Position numbers and translations under genes: made by a program. A DNA stretch of 64,000 nt from IMG/VR virus record IMGVR_UViG_3300017778_004456, positions 11,996-75,995 of that record; one strand, 5' to 3'. The notes below the pieces were generated by a model. It saw only the letters and a list, made by a program, of their open reading frames with translations, ran no database searches and was not told where the DNA came from. Below are positions 20,486 to 30,668 of the stretch, in pieces. This DNA comes from a virus. Every line of letters starts with the position of its first letter. Within the stretch, counting starts at the first letter, position 1.

Positions 20486-20925
20486 AGAAGTGGCTTATCG
20501 GACAACAGCCGAACCGCAACGTACCGTCAGAAGCATTGTCCGCTGACGATCCCATTTGGGCCGGGGCTCGCCTCGCCAAGCTGTCAGGAATGACCCCGGA
20601 GGAATACCACAAGCATTTTGAGCGCCGCAACGTCAACTATCTGATGGAAGCTCAGTTCAAAGCCGACCGCCTCGCGAAGATTCGCGCCTACAACCTCTCG
20701 AAGAAGTTCGAGTCCGGTGACATCGTGATATTCATGGGGCGCACAGTCTGTGACTGTTTCGGATTGAACTCAGACCGTCTATTCCAGTTCTACGAGACTA
20801 ACTCGGGATGGCTTTACGCCACGATTCATCACCCCTCCAATCGAAACCGCTGGTGGAACATTGAGGAGAACGTTGAGTTCGCTCGTGAGTTCATGGCGTC
20901 GGTAGTCGCTTACGACAATGCTTGA
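20482..20925 (+). CDS. Uracil-DNA glycosylase superfamily-like protein
   Basis: IGQQP start, VIFMGR and IHHPSNRNRWWN C-terminal motif. Confidence 0.55.
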   Translation: MKKWLIGQQPNRNVPSEALSADDPIWAGARLAKLSGMTPEEYHKHFERRNVNYLMEAQFKADRLAKIRAYNLSKKFESGDIVIFMGRTVCDCFGLNSDRLFQFYETNSGWLYATIHHPSNRNRWWNIEENVEFAREFMASVVAYDNA

Positions 20926-20993
20926 TAGATTATAGACTGATTTCGTTCTCAAGTAGATTCACGTAGTGTAGTATCTTCCTAGAGGAGGTACTA

Positions 20994-21581
20994 TTGCGTG
21001 CTCTTATTTTTGATACTGAAACTGTCGGTCTCGTGCAGCGCAGTTTACCTCCCAGTCATCCTTCGCAACCTGATGTAGTTCAGCTCGCGGCGGCCTTGGT
21101 CGATGAGAAGGGCGAAATCCGTGCCCGCTTCTGCACGTTGGTTATCCCAACTGTTGCCATCCATCCCAAAGCCCAAGAGATTCACGGTATCTCCCGCGAG
21201 CTGACTGAACGCTACGGGGTCACGCGTCGCTCCGCCCTTCAGAGTTTCCACGCTCTGGTTAAGCAGGCGGACTTCTTCGTAGCCCACAACCTCGCATTTG
21301 ATGCTCAGGTCATGCAGACCATGTATCACCGCGAGGGTGTGGGTGATCCGCCTAGCTTCAAGAACGGATACTGCACGATGCTCAACTCAGTTGAGACTTG
21401 CCGCATACCGCACCCGAATGGTAGGAGTGGATACAAGTGGCCCAAACTCATTGAGGCCTATGAGATTCTAGTTGACCCGAAAGGATTCGCCGGTGCCCAC
21501 GACGCCCTTGCCGACGTCATTGCCTGTTACGAGGTCTTCAAACGACTCCGAGCCCTACCCGGATACTCTGGTCCTACGTAG
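20994..21581 (+). CDS. DEDDh 3'-5' exonuclease (DnaQ-like)
   Basis: FDTET, AHNLAFD and HDALAD; GAGGAGG RBS before a TTG start. Confidence 0.9.
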   Translation: MRALIFDTETVGLVQRSLPPSHPSQPDVVQLAAALVDEKGEIRARFCTLVIPTVAIHPKAQEIHGISRELTERYGVTRRSALQSFHALVKQADFFVAHNLAFDAQVMQTMYHREGVGDPPSFKNGYCTMLNSVETCRIPHPNGRSGYKWPKLIEAYEILVDPKGFAGAHDALADVIACYEVFKRLRALPGYSGPT

Positions 21582-22077
21582 TCCTCAGTTCGCGCAGGCT
21601 TTTGTCTATCACTACATGACCTGTAGTGATGGGACGAAGGCTATGGCAAGAGCGTGGGTCGACACGACCGGTAGCCTTCTGGATGATGAGCGCGCCGAGA
21701 ACATGGCGGCGGAGTACATGCTCACGCCAGCTTTCCGGAATACACTAGCCGACGCTCGCTCCAGCATGAAGCGTCCGTACCAAGCTCGTTTGGAAGAACA
21801 CATCGAGCAACTGGCGCTGATTCGCGACGCAGCCCTAGGAGCTGAGAAGTTCTCGGCAGCAGTTTCCGCAGAGATCGCTCGCGGCAAGGTTCAGCGATTC
21901 TACGACCCGCCCAAGGATGACAGCGATCCCCTCAAGGACGGCGACCTAAAGAAGCTCGGTGATGAAGACCTTCGGAAGAAGGCTTCTGAGATCATCGCAA
22001 GGCGCAAGCTGAGCGCAGAATCTGTGAGTATGCCAAGTGTTGAAGGAGCTTTCAGCGGAAGACCTACTGACGAGTGA
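21472..22077 (+). CDS. terS: Terminase small subunit (putative)
   Basis: Helical protein with AAVSAEIARGK motif overlapping the large subunit; start uncertain. Confidence 0.6.
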   Translation: MTRKDSPVPTTPLPTSLPVTRSSNDSEPYPDTLVLRSPQFAQAFVYHYMTCSDGTKAMARAWVDTTGSLLDDERAENMAAEYMLTPAFRNTLADARSSMKRPYQARLEEHIEQLALIRDAALGAEKFSAAVSAEIARGKVQRFYDPPKDDSDPLKDGDLKKLGDEDLRKKASEIIARRKLSAESVSMPSVEGAFSGRPTDE

Positions 22078-23494
22078 GGAAGAAACCGAGGAGGAGATTC
22101 TTCGGGAGTATGTCGCACGTCAAGAAGGTCGAGAGTCCCTCGCGGGATACACCCGGTACGTCCTGGGTCTGGAGCCGGCTAAGCATCATCTACTATTCTG
22201 CTCAGCCCTGGATCGTGTCATCAGCGGCGAGTCTCGGCGCCTGATCATCTCAGCTCCGCCGGGTAGCGCGAAATCAACCTACGCCAGCGTTGCTCTTCCC
22301 GCATACGCTCTTGCGAAGCTGCCCAAGGGTGAACGATTCGTATCGGCTTCGTACTCCAAGGAACTTGCTCTGGAGCAGGGTCGCAAGGTCCGCAATCTTA
22401 TTGACTCGGAGGAGCACAGCATACTCTTTCCTGACAGCATTGTCAGCGCGAACGATCGATCCGCAAACCGTTTCTCTACTACGAAGGGAACAGCCTACTA
22501 CTCCACAGGCGTCGGCGGTTCTATCACCGGAAAGCGCGCGACGATTTTGTCAATGGACGACTTGATCAAGGGACGCCAGCAGGCGGACTCCAAAGGTGAG
22601 CGGGAGAAGGTCTGGAGCTGGTACCTCTCGGACGCCTTCACGCGACTCTTCCCACATGGCCGGATTGTGTTCATCATGACACGCTGGCACGAGGAAGACC
22701 CCATTGGTAAGATCTTGGATCAGGCGCAGAAGTCCGGAGAACAGTGGGAGTACATTCGGATCGAGGCGCTCTGTGACAACCCGGCGGAAGATCCGTTGGG
22801 CCGCAAGCTGGGAGAACCCTACTGGCCCGAATGGGAATCCAAAGAGTCGCTGCTCTCCAAGAAGGAAGGTATCGGTCCTCGTGAGTGGGCTTGTCTGTAC
22901 CAGCAACGTCCCTCACCGCAGGAGGGAACTCAGGTCCTACGGAGTTGGTTTAAGAAGTTCAAGCCCAACGATCTGGAAGGCGTACCGCTGATCTTCTACG
23001 ATAGCTACGACACCGCATCCAAAATTGAGCAACGTAACGACCCGACCGTGCGTCTCCGCTTCGCTGTGGATCCTACCGGCAACGTCTACCTGTGGGAAAT
23101 CGAAAAGAAGAAGGTCGAGTTTACAGATCTGGTGAAGCTGTTCTCCGCAGCCGCTGTGAGGAGAACTCGCGGTCAGACAATCTCCTCCAGCCTGATCGAG
23201 GACAAGGGTACGGGAACGTCGCTCATCCAGAGTGTCAAGAAGTCACACAATGTGATTCCCTGTACCCCGGAGTCAGAGGGTGACAAAGCCTTCCGATTCG
23301 AGGCAGCTTCGGACTTCTTCGAGGCAGGTCGCTTCTACTACAACTCCGAAGACCCTCTCGCCGCAGACTACATCGAGGAACTTGTGACGTTCCCAGGTGG
23401 AAAGCACGACGACATGGTGGATGCGACCTCGCAGTTCATCTCCTGGGTCAAGAAGAAAGCTGGTCGCCGCGGTTCCGGCAAACTTCGTCACTAA
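22037..23494 (+). CDS. terL: Terminase large subunit
   Basis: APPGSAKST Walker A, LSMDD Walker B, MTRWHEED, YQQRP; nuclease motifs SYDTA, IEDK and HDDMVDA. Confidence 0.92.
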   Translation: MLKELSAEDLLTSEEETEEEILREYVARQEGRESLAGYTRYVLGLEPAKHHLLFCSALDRVISGESRRLIISAPPGSAKSTYASVALPAYALAKLPKGERFVSASYSKELALEQGRKVRNLIDSEEHSILFPDSIVSANDRSANRFSTTKGTAYYSTGVGGSITGKRATILSMDDLIKGRQQADSKGEREKVWSWYLSDAFTRLFPHGRIVFIMTRWHEEDPIGKILDQAQKSGEQWEYIRIEALCDNPAEDPLGRKLGEPYWPEWESKESLLSKKEGIGPREWACLYQQRPSPQEGTQVLRSWFKKFKPNDLEGVPLIFYDSYDTASKIEQRNDPTVRLRFAVDPTGNVYLWEIEKKKVEFTDLVKLFSAAAVRRTRGQTISSSLIEDKGTGTSLIQSVKKSHNVIPCTPESEGDKAFRFEAASDFFEAGRFYYNSEDPLAADYIEELVTFPGGKHDDMVDATSQFISWVKKKAGRRGSGKLRH

Positions 23495-23650
23495 CCGACC
23501 GCTGTGGCGTGGCGCGCGGTGCAGCTAACCCCGGCAGGCTTTAGCCCCGAAAACGCGTATGGGCGCTCGTAGGGCTCCTATGGGCATTCTGCGCCGCCCC
23601 TAGTAGGTTGCCAGCTTGCCCCACACTAATTGAGTAGGTTTCTCAGTATC

Positions 23651-25582
23651 ATGCAACACTTCCCCGATGGGACCACCGCGTTCCAGCAGATTATCCATCA
23701 GTCCAAGTACGCGAGGTTCCTTCACGATAAGGGTCGCCGGGAGTTCTGGCCGGAGACCGTGGATCGCGTCGTGAATTTCTACAAGCAGCACGTCACGGAT
23801 GAGCTTCACGTGGAGATCCCCGATTCCAAGTGGGAAGAGATCCGCAAGGCCATCTGGAACATGGACGTGTTCCCTTCGATGCGCGCAATGATGACGGCCG
23901 GACCTGCGCTGGCGAAAGACAACGTCGCAGCCTTCAACTGCTCGTACATCCCAATCCGTGACACCCGCTCGTACGCCGAGATGATGTACATCCTGATGTG
24001 CGGAACCGGAGTCGGCTACACGGTGGAACGCCAGGACGTCAAGAACCTGCCCGAGGTCCCGGCTGAGCTGACCAAGCGCGGCGACATCTGCATCGAGGTT
24101 CAGGACTCCAAGATCGGCTGGGCGGATTCGCTCATGAAACTCCTGGATCACCTCTACATGGGATACATCCCGCTGTGGGATACCATGAAGCTTCGTCCGA
24201 AGGGTGCCATCCTGAAGACGTTCGGCGGCAGGGCTTCTGGACCCGGTCCCCTGGAAGATCTCTTCCGCTTCATCGTTGAATCTTTCAAGAACGCTCAGGG
24301 TCGCCGGCTCACGTCTCTGGAATGCCACGACATCGCCTGCAAGGTTGCGGACGCAGTAGTCAGCGGCGGCGTTCGCCGTTCTGCTCTCATCTGCCTGTCC
24401 AACTTGTCTGACAATCGTATGCGCGACGCCAAGGTTGGCGAGTTCTGGCTCAACAATCCCCAGCGGTCAAACGCCAACAACTCGGCGGCCTATACGGAGA
24501 AGCCCGAAGTTTCGCACTTCATGCAAGAGTGGTTGTCGATCTTCCAGTCCGGCACCGGCGAGCGCGGCATTTTCAATCGTGAGGGTGCCAAGAAGAAAGT
24601 TCGCAGTCTCCCCGGTCGTGATGCCAACCATGAGTTCGGAACGAATCCTTGCGGCGAGATCATCCTCCGCCCGTACGAGTTCTGCAACTTGTGTGAGATC
24701 GTTGTCCGACCCTGGGACACGTTGGAGTCGCTCAGCAAGAAGGTGGAGATCGCCACCATCCTCGGGACGATTCAGTCGACGTTCACCAACTTCCGGTTCA
24801 TTCGTCCTGAGTGGAAGAAGAACTGCGATGAGGAGCGGCTTCTGGGAATCGGTCTCACCGGTATCTTCGATCATGCCGTTCTCTCTACCGTGTGCGACGA
24901 TGCCAAGGTCTGGCTCACCCAGCTTCGGAACAAAGCGCGTCACGTCAACGGCAAGTACGCTCGCAAGTTCAACATCAACTCCTCGGTCGCTATCACGTGC
25001 ATCAAGCCGTCGGGTACCGCGTCGAAGCTCGCCAAGTGTCCCAGCGGGATTCATCCCCAGCGCGGTCAATACGTGACGATTCGCATCCGGTCTGACAACA
25101 AGGATCCGATGACGCAGTTCCTCAAAGACCAAGGCGTATACTGGGAGCCTGAGGTCGGCAAGGAAGAGACGATGACCGTCTTTAGCTTTCCGGAGGCGGC
25201 TGCGCCGGGAGCGGCAACCGAAGAGACTCTCAAAGCTCGGGATCACTTCCAGCTCATCCAGATGTACAATCTGTACTGGGCGGATCACAATACGAGCTGC
25301 ACTATCAAGCTCGCTGATCACGAGTGGCCGGGTGTCGGCGCTGACGTCTGGGATAACTGGGACAACATTACGGGGATGGCGTTCCTCCCTCGTAGCGGCG
25401 GGTCCTACATCCAAGCTCCTCAGGAGATCGTCGACAAGCAAACGCATGACGAACTCCTGTCGATCACGCCGACTTCGATCAACTGGAACAACCTCGAACT
25501 CTACGAGAAGGGTGAAGATCACGTCAAGTCTGCGAAAGATCTTGCCTGTGTCGCCGGGGCGTGTGTGCTAGCCGAGATCTAG
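23651..25582 (+). CDS. nrdJ: Class II (adenosylcobalamin-dependent) ribonucleotide reductase
   Basis: FNCS, GTGVG, TNPCGEI, KPSGT and C-terminal CVAGAC; no small subunit nearby. Confidence 0.9.
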   Translation: MQHFPDGTTAFQQIIHQSKYARFLHDKGRREFWPETVDRVVNFYKQHVTDELHVEIPDSKWEEIRKAIWNMDVFPSMRAMMTAGPALAKDNVAAFNCSYIPIRDTRSYAEMMYILMCGTGVGYTVERQDVKNLPEVPAELTKRGDICIEVQDSKIGWADSLMKLLDHLYMGYIPLWDTMKLRPKGAILKTFGGRASGPGPLEDLFRFIVESFKNAQGRRLTSLECHDIACKVADAVVSGGVRRSALICLSNLSDNRMRDAKVGEFWLNNPQRSNANNSAAYTEKPEVSHFMQEWLSIFQSGTGERGIFNREGAKKKVRSLPGRDANHEFGTNPCGEIILRPYEFCNLCEIVVRPWDTLESLSKKVEIATILGTIQSTFTNFRFIRPEWKKNCDEERLLGIGLTGIFDHAVLSTVCDDAKVWLTQLRNKARHVNGKYARKFNINSSVAITCIKPSGTASKLAKCPSGIHPQRGQYVTIRIRSDNKDPMTQFLKDQGVYWEPEVGKEETMTVFSFPEAAAPGAATEETLKARDHFQLIQMYNLYWADHNTSCTIKLADHEWPGVGADVWDNWDNITGMAFLPRSGGSYIQAPQEIVDKQTHDELLSITPTSINWNNLELYEKGEDHVKSAKDLACVAGACVLAEI

Positions 25583-25653
25583 TACAGAGACTTTTCATGT
25601 CTGGCAGGTTAGATGTATTAGTGATAATTCATCTAACCTGCCAGAGTTTTTCT

Positions 25654-26049
25654 ATGACCGATCTCACGAAGTTTGAGACTCTGATCTTAGAAAGGATGGA
25701 CTCACAGGTTGAGTTTTTATCCAATCTGAAGGATTCATTGTCAGGTTTTGACAAACGACTAGCTGTCCTCGAAAGTCGAACAGAGAATCTTGTAAACATG
25801 AACGAGCGAGTCCATAAACTCGAACTTCAGTTGACCGAGATTAAAGCTGATTTTAGAGTTGGTCAGTTGGACAGAACTAAGATTGAAGAGTTTGCCAAGA
25901 GACTCGACAACCTCGAAAAGTCAGCAGGCGTGGACTCTGGAAAACGTAAGATCATCCTCGACATTGTCAAGTGGGCTATTCCATCAGCTGCGACGATAAT
26001 TTCAATTGCCGCCCTGCTGCTAGGGCTTGCCCGCGATGCCACAAATTGA
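25654..26049 (+). CDS. Coiled-coil protein with C-terminal transmembrane helix
   Basis: Heptad pattern followed by WAIPSAATIISIAALLLGLA; more AT-rich than its neighbours. Confidence 0.6.
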   Translation: MTDLTKFETLILERMDSQVEFLSNLKDSLSGFDKRLAVLESRTENLVNMNERVHKLELQLTEIKADFRVGQLDRTKIEEFAKRLDNLEKSAGVDSGKRKIILDIVKWAIPSAATIISIAALLLGLARDATN

Positions 26050-26143
26050 GCAAAAGGAAGCCCGCCTAGCGGGTTTCGCTGGCGGGCCGGTAGGTGGGTG
26101 GCTTGGGTTATTTCCGCTTACCAGCGGGCGTCCTAGGCGTCTG

Positions 26144-26686
26144 TTACCAACGCCTCTTTCCATTGACCTCAGGTGCTGCGTCAGTTCTTCCTAGGACGTA
26201 GTCCGGCCTCCGTTGGGAGTTCGGAGGACAGATCGCCAGGATCACCCAGCCGTGATCTAGAGCTTCCTGAAGATCATCTGTACAAGCGTCTTCCATGACC
26301 TTCACGAACTTGATACCCATGAGCGTGAAGTTCGCCATGTGAATTACGACGTCGGCGCCGTAGCGATATTTCTCACCTTCGTCGATGTCGCTTGCCTTGG
26401 TTCCGAGTGCCTTCGCGAGACCAGCGAGTCGGTCCTTCAGCTTGGTTTTCATTAAGTAGGGGTTCGCCGGCTCAATATTGATCTCGATGTTCGCGTCGAG
26501 GATTGCCAGGAGTCGCGTGTGGTCGACGATCACCTCTACCTGGAGATCGTATTCCCGAGTTGGTTTCTCCTCTGGAAGCTCTGGAAGAATCTTGCGAAGA
26601 TCATCCCAGAGGCTGGGGTCTTCGGCTTTCCAGATCTTCCTGAGATCTCCTTTGCTTCCGTAGTAGTTAGTCGTGATCTTGAACAT
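26144..26686 (-). CDS. Hypothetical phage protein
   Basis: 180-aa ORF with AGGAAAGG RBS; last gene of a coupled minus-strand run. Confidence 0.7.
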   Translation of the reverse strand: MFKITTNYYGSKGDLRKIWKAEDPSLWDDLRKILPELPEEKPTREYDLQVEVIVDHTRLLAILDANIEINIEPANPYLMKTKLKDRLAGLAKALGTKASDIDEGEKYRYGADVVIHMANFTLMGIKFVKVMEDACTDDLQEALDHGWVILAICPPNSQRRPDYVLGRTDAAPEVNGKRRW

Positions 26687-26939
26687 AGTGTTCCTTTCCT
26701 GACTTCACCTCCAGTATAGAGTCGGCCGGAATGTTCCGGTACGCTCCGACCTGCATGTCATAGACCGTAACGAGTCCGTGGTCGGCCGGATCATACCTGG
26801 GATTCGGGTCTCTGGAGAGTCCCTTGTGAACGCCCATGCGACAAATCATCACGCGCTCCAGTCCGGTGGTTCGCTTGATGAAACGAACCTTAGCGATCTT
26901 GCCGCTCCGGAGCATCTTGTGGAGTTTCTCAATATTCAT
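26667..26939 (-). CDS. Small SH3/Sm-like beta-barrel protein (WYL_2-like)
   Basis: VRFIKRTTGLERVM...TVYDMQVGAYRNIPADSI pattern. Confidence 0.6.
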   Translation of the reverse strand: MNIEKLHKMLRSGKIAKVRFIKRTTGLERVMICRMGVHKGLSRDPNPRYDPADHGLVTVYDMQVGAYRNIPADSILEVKSGKEHYVQDHD

Positions 26940-27150
26940 TTAAGATCCCATCGCAGAAGAAGTGGACCCGAAGAGGCTTCAGCGCTTTCTCGTCCATATC
27001 TAGTTGGACGATGTATCGGTGCTTCTTCCCCTTTGGGATCAAATTGCTGCAGAAGTCACAGCGATGATTCTTACCAGCCACGGGAGTCGTGTCCCGAAGC
27101 GTGAGGATGTTCGGTCCCTCGTTCTCCCAGAATGGCCGGTAATCACGCAT
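26929..27150 (-). CDS. Small zinc-ribbon protein
   Basis: CDFC...HFFC; overlaps both neighbours. Confidence 0.6.
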   Translation of the reverse strand: MRDYRPFWENEGPNILTLRDTTPVAGKNHRCDFCSNLIPKGKKHRYIVQLDMDEKALKPLRVHFFCDGILNEY

Positions 27151-28180
27151 TGGTCGGAGCCTCCGCCGCCTTCAGTTGATCGAGGATCTCCTGCAGGTCG
27201 TCGTGAGCCTTCATGTACTCGCCGCGCTTGTACTTCTTGCCGGTGAACTCGGTCGCCTTGAGAAGCATGTTGGTGGGAGTCCAGGCGCTGTTCATTTTCA
27301 TTTTGAACAGAGCGTAGCCCTTCAGGGCTGACTTGAGTGCGATCAGGATGTACCGATCGACTGCTTTCGGGCCGGCGAACATCACGCCGCCAGCTCCTGA
27401 GGTGATTGCGTTGTTCTCGTCGATGATGTGAGTGCGTTCAGATGACATTGGCTTCTTCCTTGATTGTGGACCATAGACCGTTTTCGTACCGGGCCGCGCC
27501 TGTGGCAGCTAACCACCGCACTAGAGCCCGCGTAAAGTTGCTACGGCTGCTCGGCGTGCATACGGCTAGGCAGGCCAGCGGGCGCATTTCGAGCAGCGCA
27601 GCCATGCTCCTAGGCCTCCGAAGCCGTTCCAGAAGTTCCTCACGGGCGAGAGCGCCGTAGCGCTCCACGACGATTCGGTCAGACTTGGAGACGGACTCAG
27701 GAATTTCTACCGGGGCAAAGTCGCCAGGAAGTCGGTAGAATCGGCCGCACTTGGCGATCTTGCCTTGGCTCACGAGGACTGACAAGCAGCGATCTACGAT
27801 GAGCACTTTGGTGGACGGAGAGTAGGATTTATTCGCCCAGCGATCTCGTACCTTTTCGGAGGAGAAAGCGAGACGACCCATGCGGAGAGCAATTTTCTCG
27901 ATCGTACCGAGGTATGCTTCCGCCATCTTGTTTGCGGATGCTAGAGTCATTTGATCATATCCTTGAGTTCTTTCTTAACACGCTTGGCGACGTCGCCGCG
28001 CCAAGTCGAAGCGTTCGACAGGAAGTAAGCTACGATGCTGCGACCGGAGTCTAGGCCGTAGGAGTCATGGATCGATTCGAGACTCAGAAGAGCCTCGGCG
28101 TAAGGTTTCGCCCACGGATGAATTGGTTTCCAATCGGACCAAATTTCCTTGGCGATGACGTAAAGAGGACGTGGTGACAT
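27143..28180 (-). other. Three coupled hypothetical genes (27143-27448, 27438-27950, 27947-28180)
   Basis: Overlapping start/stop codons on one strand. Confidence 0.65.
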
Positions 28181-28292
28181 GACATAGCCCTTGGTTGCCA
28201 TGCTAGGTTGTAACCTGCCCCAAGCCTCAATGCAACGGGCCGCATACTCTTGCGAATATGCGGCCCATCTCTTCAGCAACGAAGACTGTAGA

Positions 28293-28604
28293 CTAGAGTA
28301 CTGCTGCCCGGAATCCCAGACCCTCGGCAACTTTGACGAGCGTCTGTGCATTCTCGCCGGGACCGACCATCAGTATGGTGCGATCTCCGGACACGGTACG
28401 TTGATCCAACATACCGCGAGCGGCATGAAGGGCGACCTCGGGCACGCGCCCGTTCCTGCTCCAGCCGTGAGCTGTTCCCGCCCCGGAGTAGCCGATCAGA
28501 TCAGCGACTGCGTTGGGCTCCATGTTGAGTTTCCGGCAAACTGCCTCGAACTCGTCGTAGGGGCGAGTCTTGTAGGACTTGGTGATAGTTCGGATTTCGC
28601 CCAT
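28293..28604 (-). CDS. Cro/XRE-like helix-turn-helix protein
   Basis: LNMEPNAVADLIGYSGAGTAHGWSRNGRVP; AAAGGA RBS. Confidence 0.55.
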   Translation of the reverse strand: MGEIRTITKSYKTRPYDEFEAVCRKLNMEPNAVADLIGYSGAGTAHGWSRNGRVPEVALHAARGMLDQRTVSGDRTILMVGPGENAQTLVKVAEGLGFRAAVL

Positions 28605-28693
28605 GTTGGGTCCTTTCCTAGAAGATGATGTCAAGAACAATAATAACGCAGCAGAGCCAAATCACAAAGCTCATTAGTTTCCACATCGTAAAG

Positions 28694-29602
28694 TTAGTCC
28701 TTTCTGAAGCCCTTGAACTTGGGGAAGCGCGGTTTCACATCCACGCCAACCTTCTGGTACGAGACAGTGACTGTCGCGCCCATTAGTTGATCGCGGTCTC
28801 GCCAAATTTCATCACGGTCGGCTTGGGTGAAGCCGGTGCCGATCTTGAAAGTCTCAGCGAAGAGTGGGCTCTGGAGAACAATGGCGCCGAGAGTATCGCC
28901 GGCGACTTGGTTCTCCTGGTGGGAGGTTCGCTTCATGAGCCCGCGAGCGTCGGTTGTAGCTTCGTTCTGGTTGTGGTAGAGTTCCTCGAAGCCGATCACA
29001 ATCGCCTCGAAGTCGTCGAAGCGCTTGAACTTCACTAGAGACTGCTGCTTGATCGTGCCGCGACCGTACTTGTACGGAGCTTCGAGGCTTCGGATCATGA
29101 TTCCTTCGAGGCCCTCGGCGAGATACTTCTCCTCGAAGCGCAGAACGTCGGCCTTGTTGTGAACGATGTGCTGCGGAACCAAGTGAAGATTCTCAACACC
29201 CCAGTCTTGGAGTGCGTCCACGCGCCGGCGAAGATTGTCGTATCGCGTGCCGTACGGAGCGTTCGGGTTGGTGAAGTCGTCGAACACGTAGAAGTGAACG
29301 CCGTCGTCAGGATACGGCTTGGAACGAGACATCACGAAGGATGTGCTGCGTTTGAAGACGTCAGGGGCGCCGACTGGGCCAACGATGATCTCGCCGTCGA
29401 GACCCTGAAATTCTGGCGTGCCGAACATAGACTGCACAGCGCCGGAAGGAAGCAGTTTGATACGATTGGAGTATACGCCGTCTTCCAGAACAGCTCCACG
29501 GATGCCGTCCATCTTGCCGGCGACGAGCAACGGGTAACTGAACTGATCGAGATGGTGTTCTTCGATTGCCTCGCCCTTCATAGGGCGGAAGGTTCGTGTC
29601 AT
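28694..29602 (-). CDS. lig: ATP-dependent DNA ligase
   Basis: KMDGIR, LDGEI, FYVFD, EGIMIR, KFKRF and C-terminal PRFP. Confidence 0.92.
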   Translation of the reverse strand: MTRTFRPMKGEAIEEHHLDQFSYPLLVAGKMDGIRGAVLEDGVYSNRIKLLPSGAVQSMFGTPEFQGLDGEIIVGPVGAPDVFKRSTSFVMSRSKPYPDDGVHFYVFDDFTNPNAPYGTRYDNLRRRVDALQDWGVENLHLVPQHIVHNKADVLRFEEKYLAEGLEGIMIRSLEAPYKYGRGTIKQQSLVKFKRFDDFEAIVIGFEELYHNQNEATTDARGLMKRTSHQENQVAGDTLGAIVLQSPLFAETFKIGTGFTQADRDEIWRDRDQLMGATVTVSYQKVGVDVKPRFPKFKGFRKD

Positions 29603-29919
29603 AAAAGTACTCCTGTTTCTTCTGGAATCTCACCGATCCAAGGTCCTCGTTGACGCCACACCCGGACTCCCTTGATGTGAACTTTCTCATCCTCGCGGAT
29701 GTGAATCTCCACATTTATCCGGCCGTCTGGGTCTCGCATCAGCGATATCTCGGGTTTCTGATAAGAGTTGCCGGTCGTATACCGAACCTCGGCATAGATC
29801 AGGTACCGCTTGGTCACTGTACGACCAAACAGACCTCGGCTCTTGAAACGAAAGATCTTAGCATCCCGTACCGACTCGTATCGGATACGGGGCTCTAGTT
29901 GTCTCTTGGGTGCCATCAT
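29599..29919 (-). CDS. Hypothetical protein
   Basis: Coupled to genes on both sides. Confidence 0.6.
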   Translation of the reverse strand: MMAPKRQLEPRIRYESVRDAKIFRFKSRGLFGRTVTKRYLIYAEVRYTTGNSYQKPEISLMRDPDGRINVEIHIREDEKVHIKGVRVWRQRGPWIGEIPEETGVLL

Positions 29920-30668
29920 GATTCCTTTCCAACCTGTTTAGCACCGGATGCACCTCCCGGCAACCCAGAGGTAAGGTTGATCTTGTTCGCGGCGTTGTAT
30001 CCTGCGGTAGCCGCCTCGCGGCTCACGTCGCCCTGGATGTGGCGAGCCTTCTTGGTTCGCATGGTCGAGCCCGGACCATCATCGTACTCCTGCTGAACGA
30101 GCTGGTTCTTCAGGACTACCAGCGAGGTTCCAGGCTGGCGAAGCTCGGACTTCATGATCTTAATGCGAACGTTGAGGCGCTGGGCGGCGGAGAGGTAGAA
30201 GGTCTGGCGAACAGCCTTGGTAGACTTCTGCCCGTACATCGGAGTGAACTGTTTCCAGGACATCTCAATGCCGTTGTGGCAGACCCAGAAGAGGTACTCG
30301 GCCAGCTCGACATCAGTCTCTGGGCCGAAGAATGCGACTGCCGCGTAGTGAGCGCGCTTCTCCTGGTTGGCCCAGCTCGTCTCCCACCACTTGATGTCCA
30401 GGAACTCTGAGATTCCCCAGCACACCTGCGTCGAGAAGGGAAAGTGTTGGGTGGCGAGATTGATTTTCTTGGTAACGCAGAGCTTCCTGTCAACTCGCTT
30501 GGCACCAAGAATCTCGGCCTCGGTGAGGTCGTACTCATCCATGAGGCGAGAGGCTGCGCGCATGGCGGAGGCAGCTTCTTCTTCCGTAGCGCCGCGAGAA
30601 ACATTCTTCTCGAGAAGCGCTTTGATCTTTAACTTGAGTTTCTCAAGTTTCGAAGGGTCGGACATCAT
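29916..30668 (-). CDS. DUF2786-domain protein
   Basis: KIKALLEK...ATEEEAASAMRAASRLMDEYDL and FFGPETDVELAEYL. Confidence 0.75.
   Translation of the reverse strand: MMSDPSKLEKLKLKIKALLEKNVSRGATEEEAASAMRAASRLMDEYDLTEAEILGAKRVDRKLCVTKKINLATQHFPFSTQVCWGISEFLDIKWWETSWANQEKRAHYAAVAFFGPETDVELAEYLFWVCHNGIEMSWKQFTPMYGQKSTKAVRQTFYLSAAQRLNVRIKIMKSELRQPGTSLVVLKNQLVQQEYDDGPGSTMRTKKARHIQGDVSREAATAGYNAANKINLTSGLPGGASGAKQVGKES

Noticed and set aside
15380-25582. Inteins or group I introns in polA, terL or nrdJ
   Set aside because: Lengths are normal, ORFs are continuous, and no splicing or homing endonuclease motifs were seen.
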